A stretch of 37,250 bases of DNA, from contig JBIJDW010000002.1 of the NCBI GenBank assembly GCA_044343885.1, positions 1 through 37,250 of the forward strand, given 5' to 3'. Shown here one piece after another: positions 1 through 8,406 of the stretch. Position numbers and translations under genes: made by a program. The first letter of the stretch is position 1; every line of letters begins with the position of its first letter. Below the pieces are notes generated by a model. It searched no databases. It saw nothing but the letters and a program-made list of their open reading frames with translations, and was not told the origin of the DNA. Origin of the DNA: Kiritimatiellia bacterium. GTDB taxonomy: Bacteria; Verrucomicrobiota; Kiritimatiellia; RFP12; JAAYNR01.

Positions 1-409
1 GCAGGAAGGCGCGGCCGATGAGCGCGGGGTTGAAGGGGTTGTAGCCGAGACCGCCGAAGGTCTGCTTGGCGACGGCGATGGCGACGACCGAGCCGGCGAC
101 CGCCATCCAGGTCGGCAATGCGGGCGGCAGGTTGAAGGCCAGCAGCACACCGGTGACGGCGGCGCTGAGGTCGGAGAGGGTATTGTTACGCCGCATGGCT
201 TTGCGGCAGAGCCATTCGGTAGCGAGGCAGGCGGCGACACAGGCCACGGTGAGCCGGATCGCGTCCCAGCCGAAGAACCAACAGGCGGCGGCAAAGGTGG
301 GCACAAGTGCAATCAGGACATCGGCCATGATTCGGCTGACCGACGCGCCCGAGTGGGCGTGGGGCGAGGAACTGACGAGCATGAGGTCGGCGGTGGATTG
401 AGGTTTCAT
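1..409 (-). CDS. rnfD: Rnf electron-transport complex subunit D, N-terminal part (gene continues past window start)
   Basis: Absent from the ORF track because it runs off the window edge. The reverse-strand ATG at 409-407 reads MKPQSTADLMLVSSSPHAHSGASVSRIMADVLIALVPTFAAACWFFGW...AKQTFGGLGYNPFNPALIGRAFL. This is colinear with the RnfD/RsxD N-terminus (SSPH, FFGW and GGLG-NPFNPA motifs). It follows rnfC in rnfABCD order. Confidence 0.85.
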   Translation of the reverse strand, partial: MKPQSTADLMLVSSSPHAHSGASVSRIMADVLIALVPTFAAACWFFGWDAIRLTVACVAACLATEWLCRKAMRRNNTLSDLSAAVTGVLLAFNLPPALPTWMAVAGSVVAIAVAKQTFGGLGYNPFNPALIGRAFL

Positions 410-454
410 AAGATGTGTCGGGTGTCGGGTGTCGGGATAAACGGGAGGAATTCC

Positions 455-1801
455 TTACTTTTTGGTGGCGGCGCGGCGGCGGGCGAGGATGACCGCCTTG
501 GCGCGGCGCATGTGTTGGACCAGCGGGCGGTGGGCGGGACAGACGAAGGCGCAGGAGCCGCATTCAAAACAGTCCATCACGAAGTTGTGCTCGGCCGCGT
601 CGATATCGTCCGCCTCGATGCATTGGCTGAGCTCGGCGGGCATCAAGCGCATCGGGCACGCATCCATGCAACGTCCGCAGGCGATGCACGGCTGAGAGGT
701 GAACCCGGGGACACGGCTGGAGGAAAGGAGAAGCAGACCCGAGGACGTCTTGCTCATCGCGACATCCAGCGAAGCTTGGGCGAAACCCATCATCGGACCG
801 CCCGAAATGATTTTTGCGACGTGCCCCCGTGCGCCGCCGCACGCATCGACCAGCGCCGCGAACGGGGTGCCGATCGGCGCGAGGAGATTGGCCGGCGCGG
901 TGATCGCGTCGCCGCTGACGGTAATGACGCGGCTGACAAGTGGGCGGCCGTTGAGCACGGCGTCCCAGACGGCGAGGGTGGTGGCGACATTCTCAACCAC
1001 GCAGCCGACATCCATCGGCAGTCCGCCGGTGGGGACGACTCGGCCAGTCACCGAATAGATCTGCTGTTTTTCGCTTCCCTGCGGATAGCTGGTTTTGAGG
1101 ACACAGACGGCCGCGTCACCCAGATCGCCGGGCCGCGCCGACTCCAGAGTTTGGATGGCGTCGGGCTTGTTGTCCTCAACAGCGATGCGCACGGTCTTGG
1201 CGCCGAGGATGTGGCGGATGATCGAGGCACCCTGCCAGAGGGCTGCGGCGCGTTCGAGCATGAGACGGTGGTCGCCGGTGAGGTAGGGTTCGCATTCAGC
1301 GCCGTTGATGATCACCGTGTCGATGGGCTTGTCGGCGGGCGGAGAGAGTTTGACTTGCGTCGGAAAACCGGCGCCGCCCATGCCGACGACGCCTGCCGCG
1401 CCGACGCGCTCGGCGAGCGACTTCCGATCCCGGCTGATCCAATCGGACAGGGGGGGGAGAGGCGACTCCCACGCATCACGTCCGTCGGGCTCCAAAATAA
1501 TGGCAAGGGCAGGGCGTCCGAGTGGGGTCGGTGCGGGCTCGATGCGCAAAATCTTGCCCGACGTCGGGGCGTGGATCGGAGCGGAGATAACACCGGCCGC
1601 GTCGGCGAGGCGCTGTCCGCCCGAGACCGTGTCTCCCGCCTTGACGATGGCGACGGCTGGCGCGCCGAGGTGCTGTGAGAGGGAGATCACCAGTTGCGAC
1701 GGACAGGGGAGCGGTCGGATCGCCGCGCCGCGGGTCAGATCCTTGTTGTAGTCCGGGTGAATGCCGCCGCTGAAGCAAAAGGGGGACACACTGGTTTTCA
1801 T
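455..1801 (-). CDS. rnfC: Rnf electron-transport complex subunit C
   Basis: 448-aa ORF with an ATG start. It carries a GMGGAGFPTQVKL nucleotide-binding-like motif. Two ferredoxin-type clusters, CIACGRCMDACP and CFECGSCAFVCP, lie near the C-terminus. It sits between rnfB and rnfD. Confidence 0.9.
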   Translation of the reverse strand: MKTSVSPFCFSGGIHPDYNKDLTRGAAIRPLPCPSQLVISLSQHLGAPAVAIVKAGDTVSGGQRLADAAGVISAPIHAPTSGKILRIEPAPTPLGRPALAIILEPDGRDAWESPLPPLSDWISRDRKSLAERVGAAGVVGMGGAGFPTQVKLSPPADKPIDTVIINGAECEPYLTGDHRLMLERAAALWQGASIIRHILGAKTVRIAVEDNKPDAIQTLESARPGDLGDAAVCVLKTSYPQGSEKQQIYSVTGRVVPTGGLPMDVGCVVENVATTLAVWDAVLNGRPLVSRVITVSGDAITAPANLLAPIGTPFAALVDACGGARGHVAKIISGGPMMGFAQASLDVAMSKTSSGLLLLSSSRVPGFTSQPCIACGRCMDACPMRLMPAELSQCIEADDIDAAEHNFVMDCFECGSCAFVCPAHRPLVQHMRRAKAVILARRRAATKK

Positions 1802-1805
1802 GGGA

Positions 1806-2594
1806 TTAGCCGATCTTTTTGATGCAGTGTCCGGGGCATTTTTCGACCAGCAGGTCGTTGATCAGTGGTTTGGAGTAGTCGACTTTGGCGAGAAAACCGT
1901 CCATGGCGATGGCGCCGTCGGAGAGCTTGACGCAGAGGGTGCATCCGATGCAGCCGACACCGCAGACCTTTTTCACGACGGGGCCCTTGTCCTTGGAACT
2001 GCACAGCACATGGATCTTGGCCGCAGCCGGGACGAGCGTGATGAGGCCGCGCGGGCAGGCGGGCACGCATTTTCCGCAACTGATGCAGGTTGCGGGATTC
2101 ACGGATGCCAGTCCGTCGGAAACGGTGATGGCGCCGACCGGGCACACGCGGGCGCACGCGCCGTACCCGAGGCATCCGTATGAACAGGCCTTGTCACCGC
2201 CGCCGGTCGCGGCGGCGGCGGCGCAATCGGCAATGCCATTGTAGGCGAAGCGACGGAGCGACTCGGAATCGTTGCCGCCGCACCGGATCCGGGCGACTTT
2301 GCGTTCGACCACTTCGACGGTCCGGCCGAAGATGGCGGCGATCCGGCCGAGCGCGGTGCTGTTGCAAATGGGGCAGAGGTTGGCCGCGACGCCTGTGGTG
2401 ACCAGCGCCTTGGCATAGTCGGCACAACCGGCGAAACCGCAGCCGCCGCAGTTGGCGCCGGGGAGTTCGCCGGTCACCTGCTCGATGCGCGGATCCTCCT
2501 CGACGCTGAGATAGCGGGCGGCAAAGGCGAGCGCCGTGCCGCAGAGGGCGCCGATGCCGCCGATCCAAAGAATGGAGAACACCCAGTAACTCAT
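1806..2594 (-). CDS. rnfB: Rnf electron-transport complex subunit B (polyferredoxin type)
   Basis: 262-aa ORF with an N-terminal TM helix (YWVFSILWIGGIGALCGTALAFAA). It has the RnfB cluster motif GANCGGCGFAGCADYA. Further 4Fe-4S motifs are CISCGKCVPACP and CIGCTLCVKL. Confidence 0.9.
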   Translation of the reverse strand: MSYWVFSILWIGGIGALCGTALAFAARYLSVEEDPRIEQVTGELPGANCGGCGFAGCADYAKALVTTGVAANLCPICNSTALGRIAAIFGRTVEVVERKVARIRCGGNDSESLRRFAYNGIADCAAAAATGGGDKACSYGCLGYGACARVCPVGAITVSDGLASVNPATCISCGKCVPACPRGLITLVPAAAKIHVLCSSKDKGPVVKKVCGVGCIGCTLCVKLSDGAIAMDGFLAKVDYSKPLINDLLVEKCPGHCIKKIG

Positions 2595-2622
2595 TGTGCA
2601 AACCCTCTGATGCGGTGGGTTG

Positions 2623-3198
2623 TCATTTGACCAGCCCGGTAAACCCCATAAAAGCCAAACTCAACAGCCCGGCGGTGACCAAGGCCAGCGCGACACCGCG
2701 GAACGCGCGCGGCGGATCGGCGCGCTCGATCTTCTCGCGAAGCCCCGTGAACAGCAGCAAAGCAAAGGAAAAGCCCACGGCCGCTGCCAGCGAAAAGACC
2801 ACCGATCGGGTGAAACCAGAGGCTGCTTTAACGTTCATGACCGCGACACCGAGCACGGCACAGTTGGTGGTAATCAGCGGCAGGAATATTCCCAAGGCGC
2901 GGTGCAGCGCGGGGAGAAAGCGCTTCATGACCATGTCCACGAGCTGTACAAACGCAGCAATCAGGAGGATAAAGACGATCGTCTGCAGGTACTCCAGGCC
3001 GAAGGGCTCGAGGACCCAGGCCTGCACGCACCACACGACGGCGGCGGCCATGCCCATCACAAAAATCACGGCACCGGACATCCCCATCGCGGTCGGTATG
3101 CGCTTCGACACGCCCAGAAAGGGGCAGATTCCGAGAAACCGGTTGAGCACGAAATTATTGACCAGAACCGCGCCGACAATCATTAAGACATAGTCCAT
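2623..3198 (-). CDS. rnfA: Rnf electron-transport complex subunit A
   Basis: 191-aa polytopic membrane ORF, near-colinear with RsxA/RnfA. Shared motifs are VLVNNFVLNRFLGICPFLGVSK, GIFLPLITTNCAVLGVA and ALVTAGLLSLAFMGFTGLV. An AAGGAA SD lies 6 nt upstream of the ATG. Confidence 0.95.
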   Translation of the reverse strand: MDYVLMIVGAVLVNNFVLNRFLGICPFLGVSKRIPTAMGMSGAVIFVMGMAAAVVWCVQAWVLEPFGLEYLQTIVFILLIAAFVQLVDMVMKRFLPALHRALGIFLPLITTNCAVLGVAVMNVKAASGFTRSVVFSLAAAVGFSFALLLFTGLREKIERADPPRAFRGVALALVTAGLLSLAFMGFTGLVK

Positions 3199-3213
3199 AC
3201 CGAGTTCCTTCGC

Positions 3214-4296
3214 TTATGTCGCCGCCTGGAGCGCGCCGAGATCGGCTGAGGTGATGGCGGCGCGATTGCGCGTGATCTTGGCGGCGTCCCAGTTCCACCA
3301 GGCGAGATCCAGAAGCGCGGTGATGACTTCCTCGGTGAAGCGGGTGCGGATGAGCGTTGCGGGCACGCCGCCGACCACAGCGTACGGCGGCACATCCTGC
3401 GTGACGACCGCCCGCGCGGTGATGATGGCCCCGTCGCCGATACGCACACCCGGCATGATCACAGCCTGATAGCCGATCCACACGTCATTGCCGATGACCG
3501 TGTCGCCCTTAGGCGGGGGGGTATCCGCTCCGGAAGACGGCGCCTCCCATCCTTGGCCGAACAGACTGAACGGATAGGTGGAGAAACCGTCGGTTTTGTG
3601 AGTGGCGCCGTTCATGATGAAACGGACGCCGCTGGCGATGGCGGTGAAACGACCGATGATCAGTTTGTCTCCATTTTCAGGATAATGATACAGGACACGC
3701 CTTTCGAAGGGTTCGTGCCCTTCGCTGTCATCCGTATAGGTATAGTCGCCAACGATGATATTCGGGTTCTTGACGGTGTTGGCGATGTAGGTGAGACGCT
3801 TGTCGCCGGTGGGCAGGGGATGAATCTGACTCGGCGCGGGCCCGGTCGGCGCCGGGAGCTCGGGCATTTCCGGCGGATTGGGAATATCCGTCAGCGGAAT
3901 ATGCTTGTCAGCACACCACGCGACAATGGCTTCGCGCTCGGAGCGGGCGCGGTAGGCATGCCAAAAATCGAGCAATCCCGCGTCGACGGTCCACTGCCGG
4001 AAACGCCGATACGCGCCGCGCCGGCTGAAAAAGCTTCTGATCTGCTCATAATCATCCGGACGGAATTCTCGAACAAAACGCTCGACGAGTGCGCGGCCCA
4101 GATCCAGTTGCTTTTCCCCGGGAATGATGATGCAGGCTTCCCAGTTGACATCCGCGGGAATCAGGGCTTGATCCTCCTCTAACTCAGAACCCTTTAGGTA
4201 AATGGCGTTTCGTGAAGGGTCAAAATAGGCACTTCCCCGGCCAAAAGACAAATCGGAAAAAGAGATGGCGTCTTCAATTTCTTGATAATTGGGCAT
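3214..4296 (-). CDS. Fusion protein: UPF0158-like N-terminal domain plus Vat-type xenobiotic (streptogramin A) O-acetyltransferase, hexapeptide-repeat family
   Basis: The C-terminal ~215 aa are colinear with Vat/XAT enzymes: [101 protein letters not shown]. The N-terminal ~150 aa ([11 protein letters not shown]...LLDFWHAY...AIVAWC) resemble UPF0158. The ORF track starts at a GTG (4311). I prefer the ATG at 4296, which has AGGAG 7 nt upstream. Confidence 0.8.
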   Translation of the reverse strand: MPNYQEIEDAISFSDLSFGRGSAYFDPSRNAIYLKGSELEEDQALIPADVNWEACIIIPGEKQLDLGRALVERFVREFRPDDYEQIRSFFSRRGAYRRFRQWTVDAGLLDFWHAYRARSEREAIVAWCADKHIPLTDIPNPPEMPELPAPTGPAPSQIHPLPTGDKRLTYIANTVKNPNIIVGDYTYTDDSEGHEPFERRVLYHYPENGDKLIIGRFTAIASGVRFIMNGATHKTDGFSTYPFSLFGQGWEAPSSGADTPPPKGDTVIGNDVWIGYQAVIMPGVRIGDGAIITARAVVTQDVPPYAVVGGVPATLIRTRFTEEVITALLDLAWWNWDAAKITRNRAAITSADLGALQAAT

Positions 4297-4399
4297 AGAC
4301 ATTCTCCTCACAACGGCTTACACGATGGCGAACATGACGTAAACCGTGGCAAACCAGGATCCGATTAAGCGAATCAAAATGCTGTCATGTGATTGGCGT

Positions 4400-4429
4400 A
4401 TAATAGCAAGCCACGGCTAGATTTGGCAA
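4400..4429 (-). promoter_or_regulatory. Candidate sigma-70-type promoter (TTGCCA-N18-TATTAT) upstream of the vat-like/rnf gene string
   Basis: On the reverse strand, TTGCCA (4429-4424) is followed by an 18-nt spacer and TATTAT (4405-4400). This lies about 100 nt upstream of the 4296 start, in the only sizeable intergenic gap in this region. Confidence 0.25.
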
Positions 4430-4442
4430 GCTGCAAGACAAG

Positions 4443-5234
4443 TCAAACAAACAGCGGCAGCAGGTGATCACGGACGCGGCTTTGAATGAGACCGTTGGAA
4501 GCGAGGACGGCCATGCGGTAGGAGCCGTATTCGCGGAGAATTTCGCACATCCCGCCTGCCCGCTCGACGATCAACCCCGCCGCCGCGATGTCCCAGATGT
4601 AGATGCCCGGTTCGAAATAGGCTTCGGCCTTGCCGGAGGCGACGAGGCACATGTCGAGCGCAGCGGAGCCGGTTATGCGTGCCCGCTGGGCCAATGCGGC
4701 GACGGCGCGCATGAATTGGAAGGAGTGTTCACCGAGATCGGCCTTGTCGGCCCCGGTATGAATGAGCGACATCTGCGGCTCGGAGATCGTTGACACGCGC
4801 AGAACCGAGCCATTGCACAGGGCCGGGCCGTCGGAGGTGGCTTCGAAGAGCCATCCGAACTCAGGGGCGAAGACCGCGCCCGCCACGGAACGGCCATTCA
4901 CTTGCGCGGCGACCGAGCAGCACCACCAAGGCGAGCCGTGGAAGAAATTGACCGTGCCATCAATCGGATCAATCACCCAGCGCACGGGTGCGTCGGGCAG
5001 GGGTTGATCGCAGGTCTCCTCGCCGAGAATGGGATAGTCGGGGCATGCGGCGAGAATCGCGGCCGTCGCCACCTCCTGCGCTTCGACATCCAGGCGGTGT
5101 TTCACATCGCTTCGCGTCAGCGAGTCGGCCTCGCCCCGGCGGTTGAGATTTGCCAGCACGTGCTCGCCCGCCGCACGGGCCGCCTGGCGGGCGATGGCAA
5201 GAAGAGCCGATGGCGTGGGTGTTTGGATTGGCAT
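4443..5234 (-). CDS. Inositol monophosphatase family protein (SuhB/CysQ/HisN-like)
   Basis: 263-aa ORF carrying family motifs: ILGEE (metal site), WVIDPIDGTVNFFHG and WDIAAAGLIVERAGG. Confidence 0.85.
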   Translation of the reverse strand: MPIQTPTPSALLAIARQAARAAGEHVLANLNRRGEADSLTRSDVKHRLDVEAQEVATAAILAACPDYPILGEETCDQPLPDAPVRWVIDPIDGTVNFFHGSPWWCCSVAAQVNGRSVAGAVFAPEFGWLFEATSDGPALCNGSVLRVSTISEPQMSLIHTGADKADLGEHSFQFMRAVAALAQRARITGSAALDMCLVASGKAEAYFEPGIYIWDIAAAGLIVERAGGMCEILREYGSYRMAVLASNGLIQSRVRDHLLPLFV

Positions 5235-5256
5235 GGCTGATTCCCAATGGTGAATG

Positions 5257-8200
5257 TCACGCAGGATCGGTGACCGGTGTCTGATGAGCCATGAGCGAGT
5301 GTGGAACGAGGGTGTTGCTTTGGCGGATCGTGTCGAAGATGGCTTCGGCGAGGATTGGAAAGGCGGTGTTTTGGAACGCCGGGTCGTCCATGTAGCGGGT
5401 GACGATCCTGTCGTTTTCGCTGAGGCGTTGAATCATGAGTGATTCGATAAGCGGCTTGATGCCCAGCAGGAACTTGTCGAGCGGGTTCGCTATGGCCGTC
5501 TGGATCACCTGCTGGGTGGCTGACGCCTTCTCGCGGATCTGCTCGAAGAACAAGCGGTCTTCCTCGGTAAAACTCGTGCCAAAGCGGTCGTTGAGCACTT
5601 TGACGATCTCGGACAAGGGCGCTTTCTCCTCCTTGGCTTTTCCGGTGCCCACGTCCGTCGGGCTTTTCACGCCTTGCGGATCGCCTTCACGGATTTCGAT
5701 CTCGCCTGAGGAAATCCGCTGCAAGCGGTAGTACTGAAGCCCGACCTCGTCGCCGATCTTCACCCTTTCTGTATCGCGGTCGAGGGGGAGATGTGGCAGC
5801 AGATACCGCCCGAAGCTGTAGAGCATCTCCAGGTCGGGATCGCCATAAGAAATAATCTGGCTCATGAAGGAGTAGATGTTGACGTACCCGCTCAGCTTTT
5901 CGCGGAACTCACTACGCTTGGCCTCGTCATTCATCGCCTTGAATCGGTCGACCGCGGGCTGAAGGTGCAACTGCATGCCGGCATGATCCTGCGCGCTCTG
6001 GCGGGCTACGGGCTTGTAGAAGACGCGTGCGAACGCCTCGACCTCGCTCTGGTAGTAGACCTGCGCGGCATCGAGGTCATGCTTGAGCTTTTCCAACTGC
6101 TGCGGGTCTGAACCTTCCTGAAGGCTTGTCGCGTCGTAGTAGGGCTTGAAGGCTTTGTAGACGTCCTCGGCTTTGTTGACGAAATCCAAGATAAACGGGT
6201 TCTCCTTGCCGGGAATCTTACGGTTGAGCCGAGACAGGGTCTGCACCGCCTGTACGCCGTCGAGCCGCTTGTCCACATACATGGCGCAGAGCAGAGGCTG
6301 GTCGAAGCCCGTCTGGTATTTGTTGGCCACGAGCAACACCTGATAATCCGGCGAGGCGAACCGCTCCGGAATCTGCTTCTCGCTGATGGACTTACCGCTC
6401 ACGCAGTCGGTGTTCATACCCGGTTCGGTGAATTCCTCGCCCGGAAGCTTCGGATCTTTGACCGTGCCGCTGAAGGCGACCAGCGGGCGGATGTCGGTGA
6501 TCTTATTGTCGGCGAGGTAGCGCTCGAAAGCACGCATGTAGCGCACGGCGTGGAGACGGGAAGAGGTGACTACCATGGCTTTGGCCCGTCCGCCGAGCTG
6601 GCCCAACACTTTATGGCGGAAGTGCTCCACCATCACCTCAGTCTTCTGTTCAATATTGTGCGGGTGCAGACTCATGAATTTGGCCAGCGCTCTCGCCGCC
6701 TTTTTCTTCGGGAGGTTCGGATCATCCTCGATGGCCTTGACCAGTCGGTAATAGGTGGCATAGGTGGTATAGTTTTTTACTACATCAAGGATGAAGCCCT
6801 CGTCGATGGCCTGCCGCATGGAGTAGAGATGAAACGCCGCTGGCTTTCCATCGTCACCCGTGCGGCCGAACAGCTCCAGCGTCTTGCCCTTAGGGGTGGC
6901 GGTGAAGGCGAAAAAGCTCAGGTTCGGCTGCCGCCCGCGCGACTGCATGACCTGGTTCAGGCGGTCTTCCCAGTCCGGATCTTCCTCGACGTTCTCCGCG
7001 TTTGCGGTTGTGCCGAGAATGGACTTCAGCTCGCGCGCCGTCTCGCCGGTCTGACTGGAGTGCGCCTCGTCGACGATGACAGCATACCTGCGCTTGGCGA
7101 TTTCGGCCTCCCATTTCGCGGCGTCGGCCTTCTGCTCGGCGGTCGCCGCCTCCTGACTCTCCGCGCCGGCGGCGTGGAGCAGGCCGCGCAGGACAAACGG
7201 AAACTTCTGCAGGGTCGTGATGACGATCTTAGTGCCGTCGATCAGCGCGGCGGCGAGCTGCTTGGAGTCCTGATCGATGGCTTTGACCACGCCCTGCGCG
7301 TGTTCAATCTGGTAAATCGCGTCCTGTAACTGCCGGTCAAGCACCTGGCGGTCGGTGATGACCACCACGCAGTCGAAGACCTTGGCGTCCTGCTCGTCGT
7401 GCAGGCTGGCGAGCCGGTGCGAGAGCCAGGAGATGCTGTTGGTCTTGCCGCTGCCGGCCGAGTGCTGAATGAGGTAGTTGCGTCCGGGACCTTCCTCGCG
7501 GGACGCCAAAACCAGTTTGCGGACCGAGTCGAGCTGGTGGTATCGAGGGAAGATCATCGTCTCTTTTGTCACGACGCGCTGCCCGCCGCGGCCGTCGTCC
7601 ACCTTCTCATCCTTCTTCTCGATAAACATGAAGTGGCCGAGGATGTCGAGGAAGCTCTCGAACTGGAGCACATCCTCCCAGAAATAGCCGGTGCGGTATC
7701 CGGAGTCGTGCTGCGGGTTGCCGGAGCCACAGATGATCTTGCCGGGGTTGCTGCCACGGTTGAACGGCAGGAAATGGGTCTTCTCGCCAGCCAGACGGGT
7801 GGCCATGTGGACCTCTTCTGAATCGGCGGCGAAATGCACCAGCGCCCGCTTCTTGAACTCGAAAAGCGGCGCGCGGGGGTCGCGGTCCTGCCTGAACTGG
7901 CGCACGGCGTGGCGCCAGTTCTGGCCCGTGCCGGGATTCTTCAGCTCGATGGTGGCGACAGGCAGGCCGTTCACCGCGAGCGCCATGTCCAGCGTGCGGT
8001 TGTCGGCGGGATGGCAGGGCACCTGCCGGGTGACGGTGAGGCGGTTTTTGCTGAAGAGGGCGATGGTATCGAAATTCGCGCCGTGGGCGGGTTTGAAGTA
8101 GGCGACGCGGAAGAGCTTGCCGTAAAACTTGAAGCCGTGCCGCAGCACGTGGAGCGCGCCCTTGGCGTCCAGTTCCTTGACCAGAGTGGTCAGCAGCAAC

Positions 8201-8403
8201 GCCTCCAGCCCGGCCGCGTGCAGCGTCCGCATCTCGGCCCAGAGCTTGGGCTGGGTGTCAGCAATAAACGCGAATACCTGCGCCGGGAAAAGCGCCCGTT
8301 CCTTGTCCCACTCCGCGTTGCTGCCTGACTTCCAGCCGCCGTGCGTCAGCAGGATTTCCTCAACGTAGGTCTCAAAGGCGTGTTCGGTGGTTTGGGATGA
8401 CAT
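5257..8403 (-). CDS. hsdR: Type I restriction enzyme, R (endonuclease/translocase) subunit
   Basis: 1048-aa ORF. The N-terminal PD-(D/E)xK region is DMALAVNGLPVATIELKNP. SF2 motif I is LIQHSAGSGKTNS and motif II is VIVDEAHSSQ (DEAH). It has a long helical C-terminal domain and shares a locus with hsdM and hsdS. Confidence 0.9.
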   Translation of the reverse strand: MSSQTTEHAFETYVEEILLTHGGWKSGSNAEWDKERALFPAQVFAFIADTQPKLWAEMRTLHAAGLEALLLTTLVKELDAKGALHVLRHGFKFYGKLFRVAYFKPAHGANFDTIALFSKNRLTVTRQVPCHPADNRTLDMALAVNGLPVATIELKNPGTGQNWRHAVRQFRQDRDPRAPLFEFKKRALVHFAADSEEVHMATRLAGEKTHFLPFNRGSNPGKIICGSGNPQHDSGYRTGYFWEDVLQFESFLDILGHFMFIEKKDEKVDDGRGGQRVVTKETMIFPRYHQLDSVRKLVLASREEGPGRNYLIQHSAGSGKTNSISWLSHRLASLHDEQDAKVFDCVVVITDRQVLDRQLQDAIYQIEHAQGVVKAIDQDSKQLAAALIDGTKIVITTLQKFPFVLRGLLHAAGAESQEAATAEQKADAAKWEAEIAKRRYAVIVDEAHSSQTGETARELKSILGTTANAENVEEDPDWEDRLNQVMQSRGRQPNLSFFAFTATPKGKTLELFGRTGDDGKPAAFHLYSMRQAIDEGFILDVVKNYTTYATYYRLVKAIEDDPNLPKKKAARALAKFMSLHPHNIEQKTEVMVEHFRHKVLGQLGGRAKAMVVTSSRLHAVRYMRAFERYLADNKITDIRPLVAFSGTVKDPKLPGEEFTEPGMNTDCVSGKSISEKQIPERFASPDYQVLLVANKYQTGFDQPLLCAMYVDKRLDGVQAVQTLSRLNRKIPGKENPFILDFVNKAEDVYKAFKPYYDATSLQEGSDPQQLEKLKHDLDAAQVYYQSEVEAFARVFYKPVARQSAQDHAGMQLHLQPAVDRFKAMNDEAKRSEFREKLSGYVNIYSFMSQIISYGDPDLEMLYSFGRYLLPHLPLDRDTERVKIGDEVGLQYYRLQRISSGEIEIREGDPQGVKSPTDVGTGKAKEEKAPLSEIVKVLNDRFGTSFTEEDRLFFEQIREKASATQQVIQTAIANPLDKFLLGIKPLIESLMIQRLSENDRIVTRYMDDPAFQNTAFPILAEAIFDTIRQSNTLVPHSLMAHQTPVTDPA
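8227..8403. repeat. Direct repeat copy A (5' end of intact hsdR), paired with 10412-10591
   Basis: My hand alignment to 10412-10591 gives about 90 percent identity, roughly 15 mismatches plus one 3-nt indel. Both copies are in the same orientation. Confidence 0.85.
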
Positions 8404-8406
8404 GGT

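Noticed and set aside
353-1678. 441-aa plus-strand ORF
   Set aside because: It lies fully antisense to the strongly supported rnfC. Its Arg/Gly/Ala/Asp-rich composition is typical of shadow ORFs in high-GC DNA, and it has no recognisable motif.
4399-4404. Perfect TATAAT on the plus strand
   Set aside because: There is no convincing -35 and no credible plus-strand gene downstream. The same AT-rich patch serves better as the minus-strand -10.
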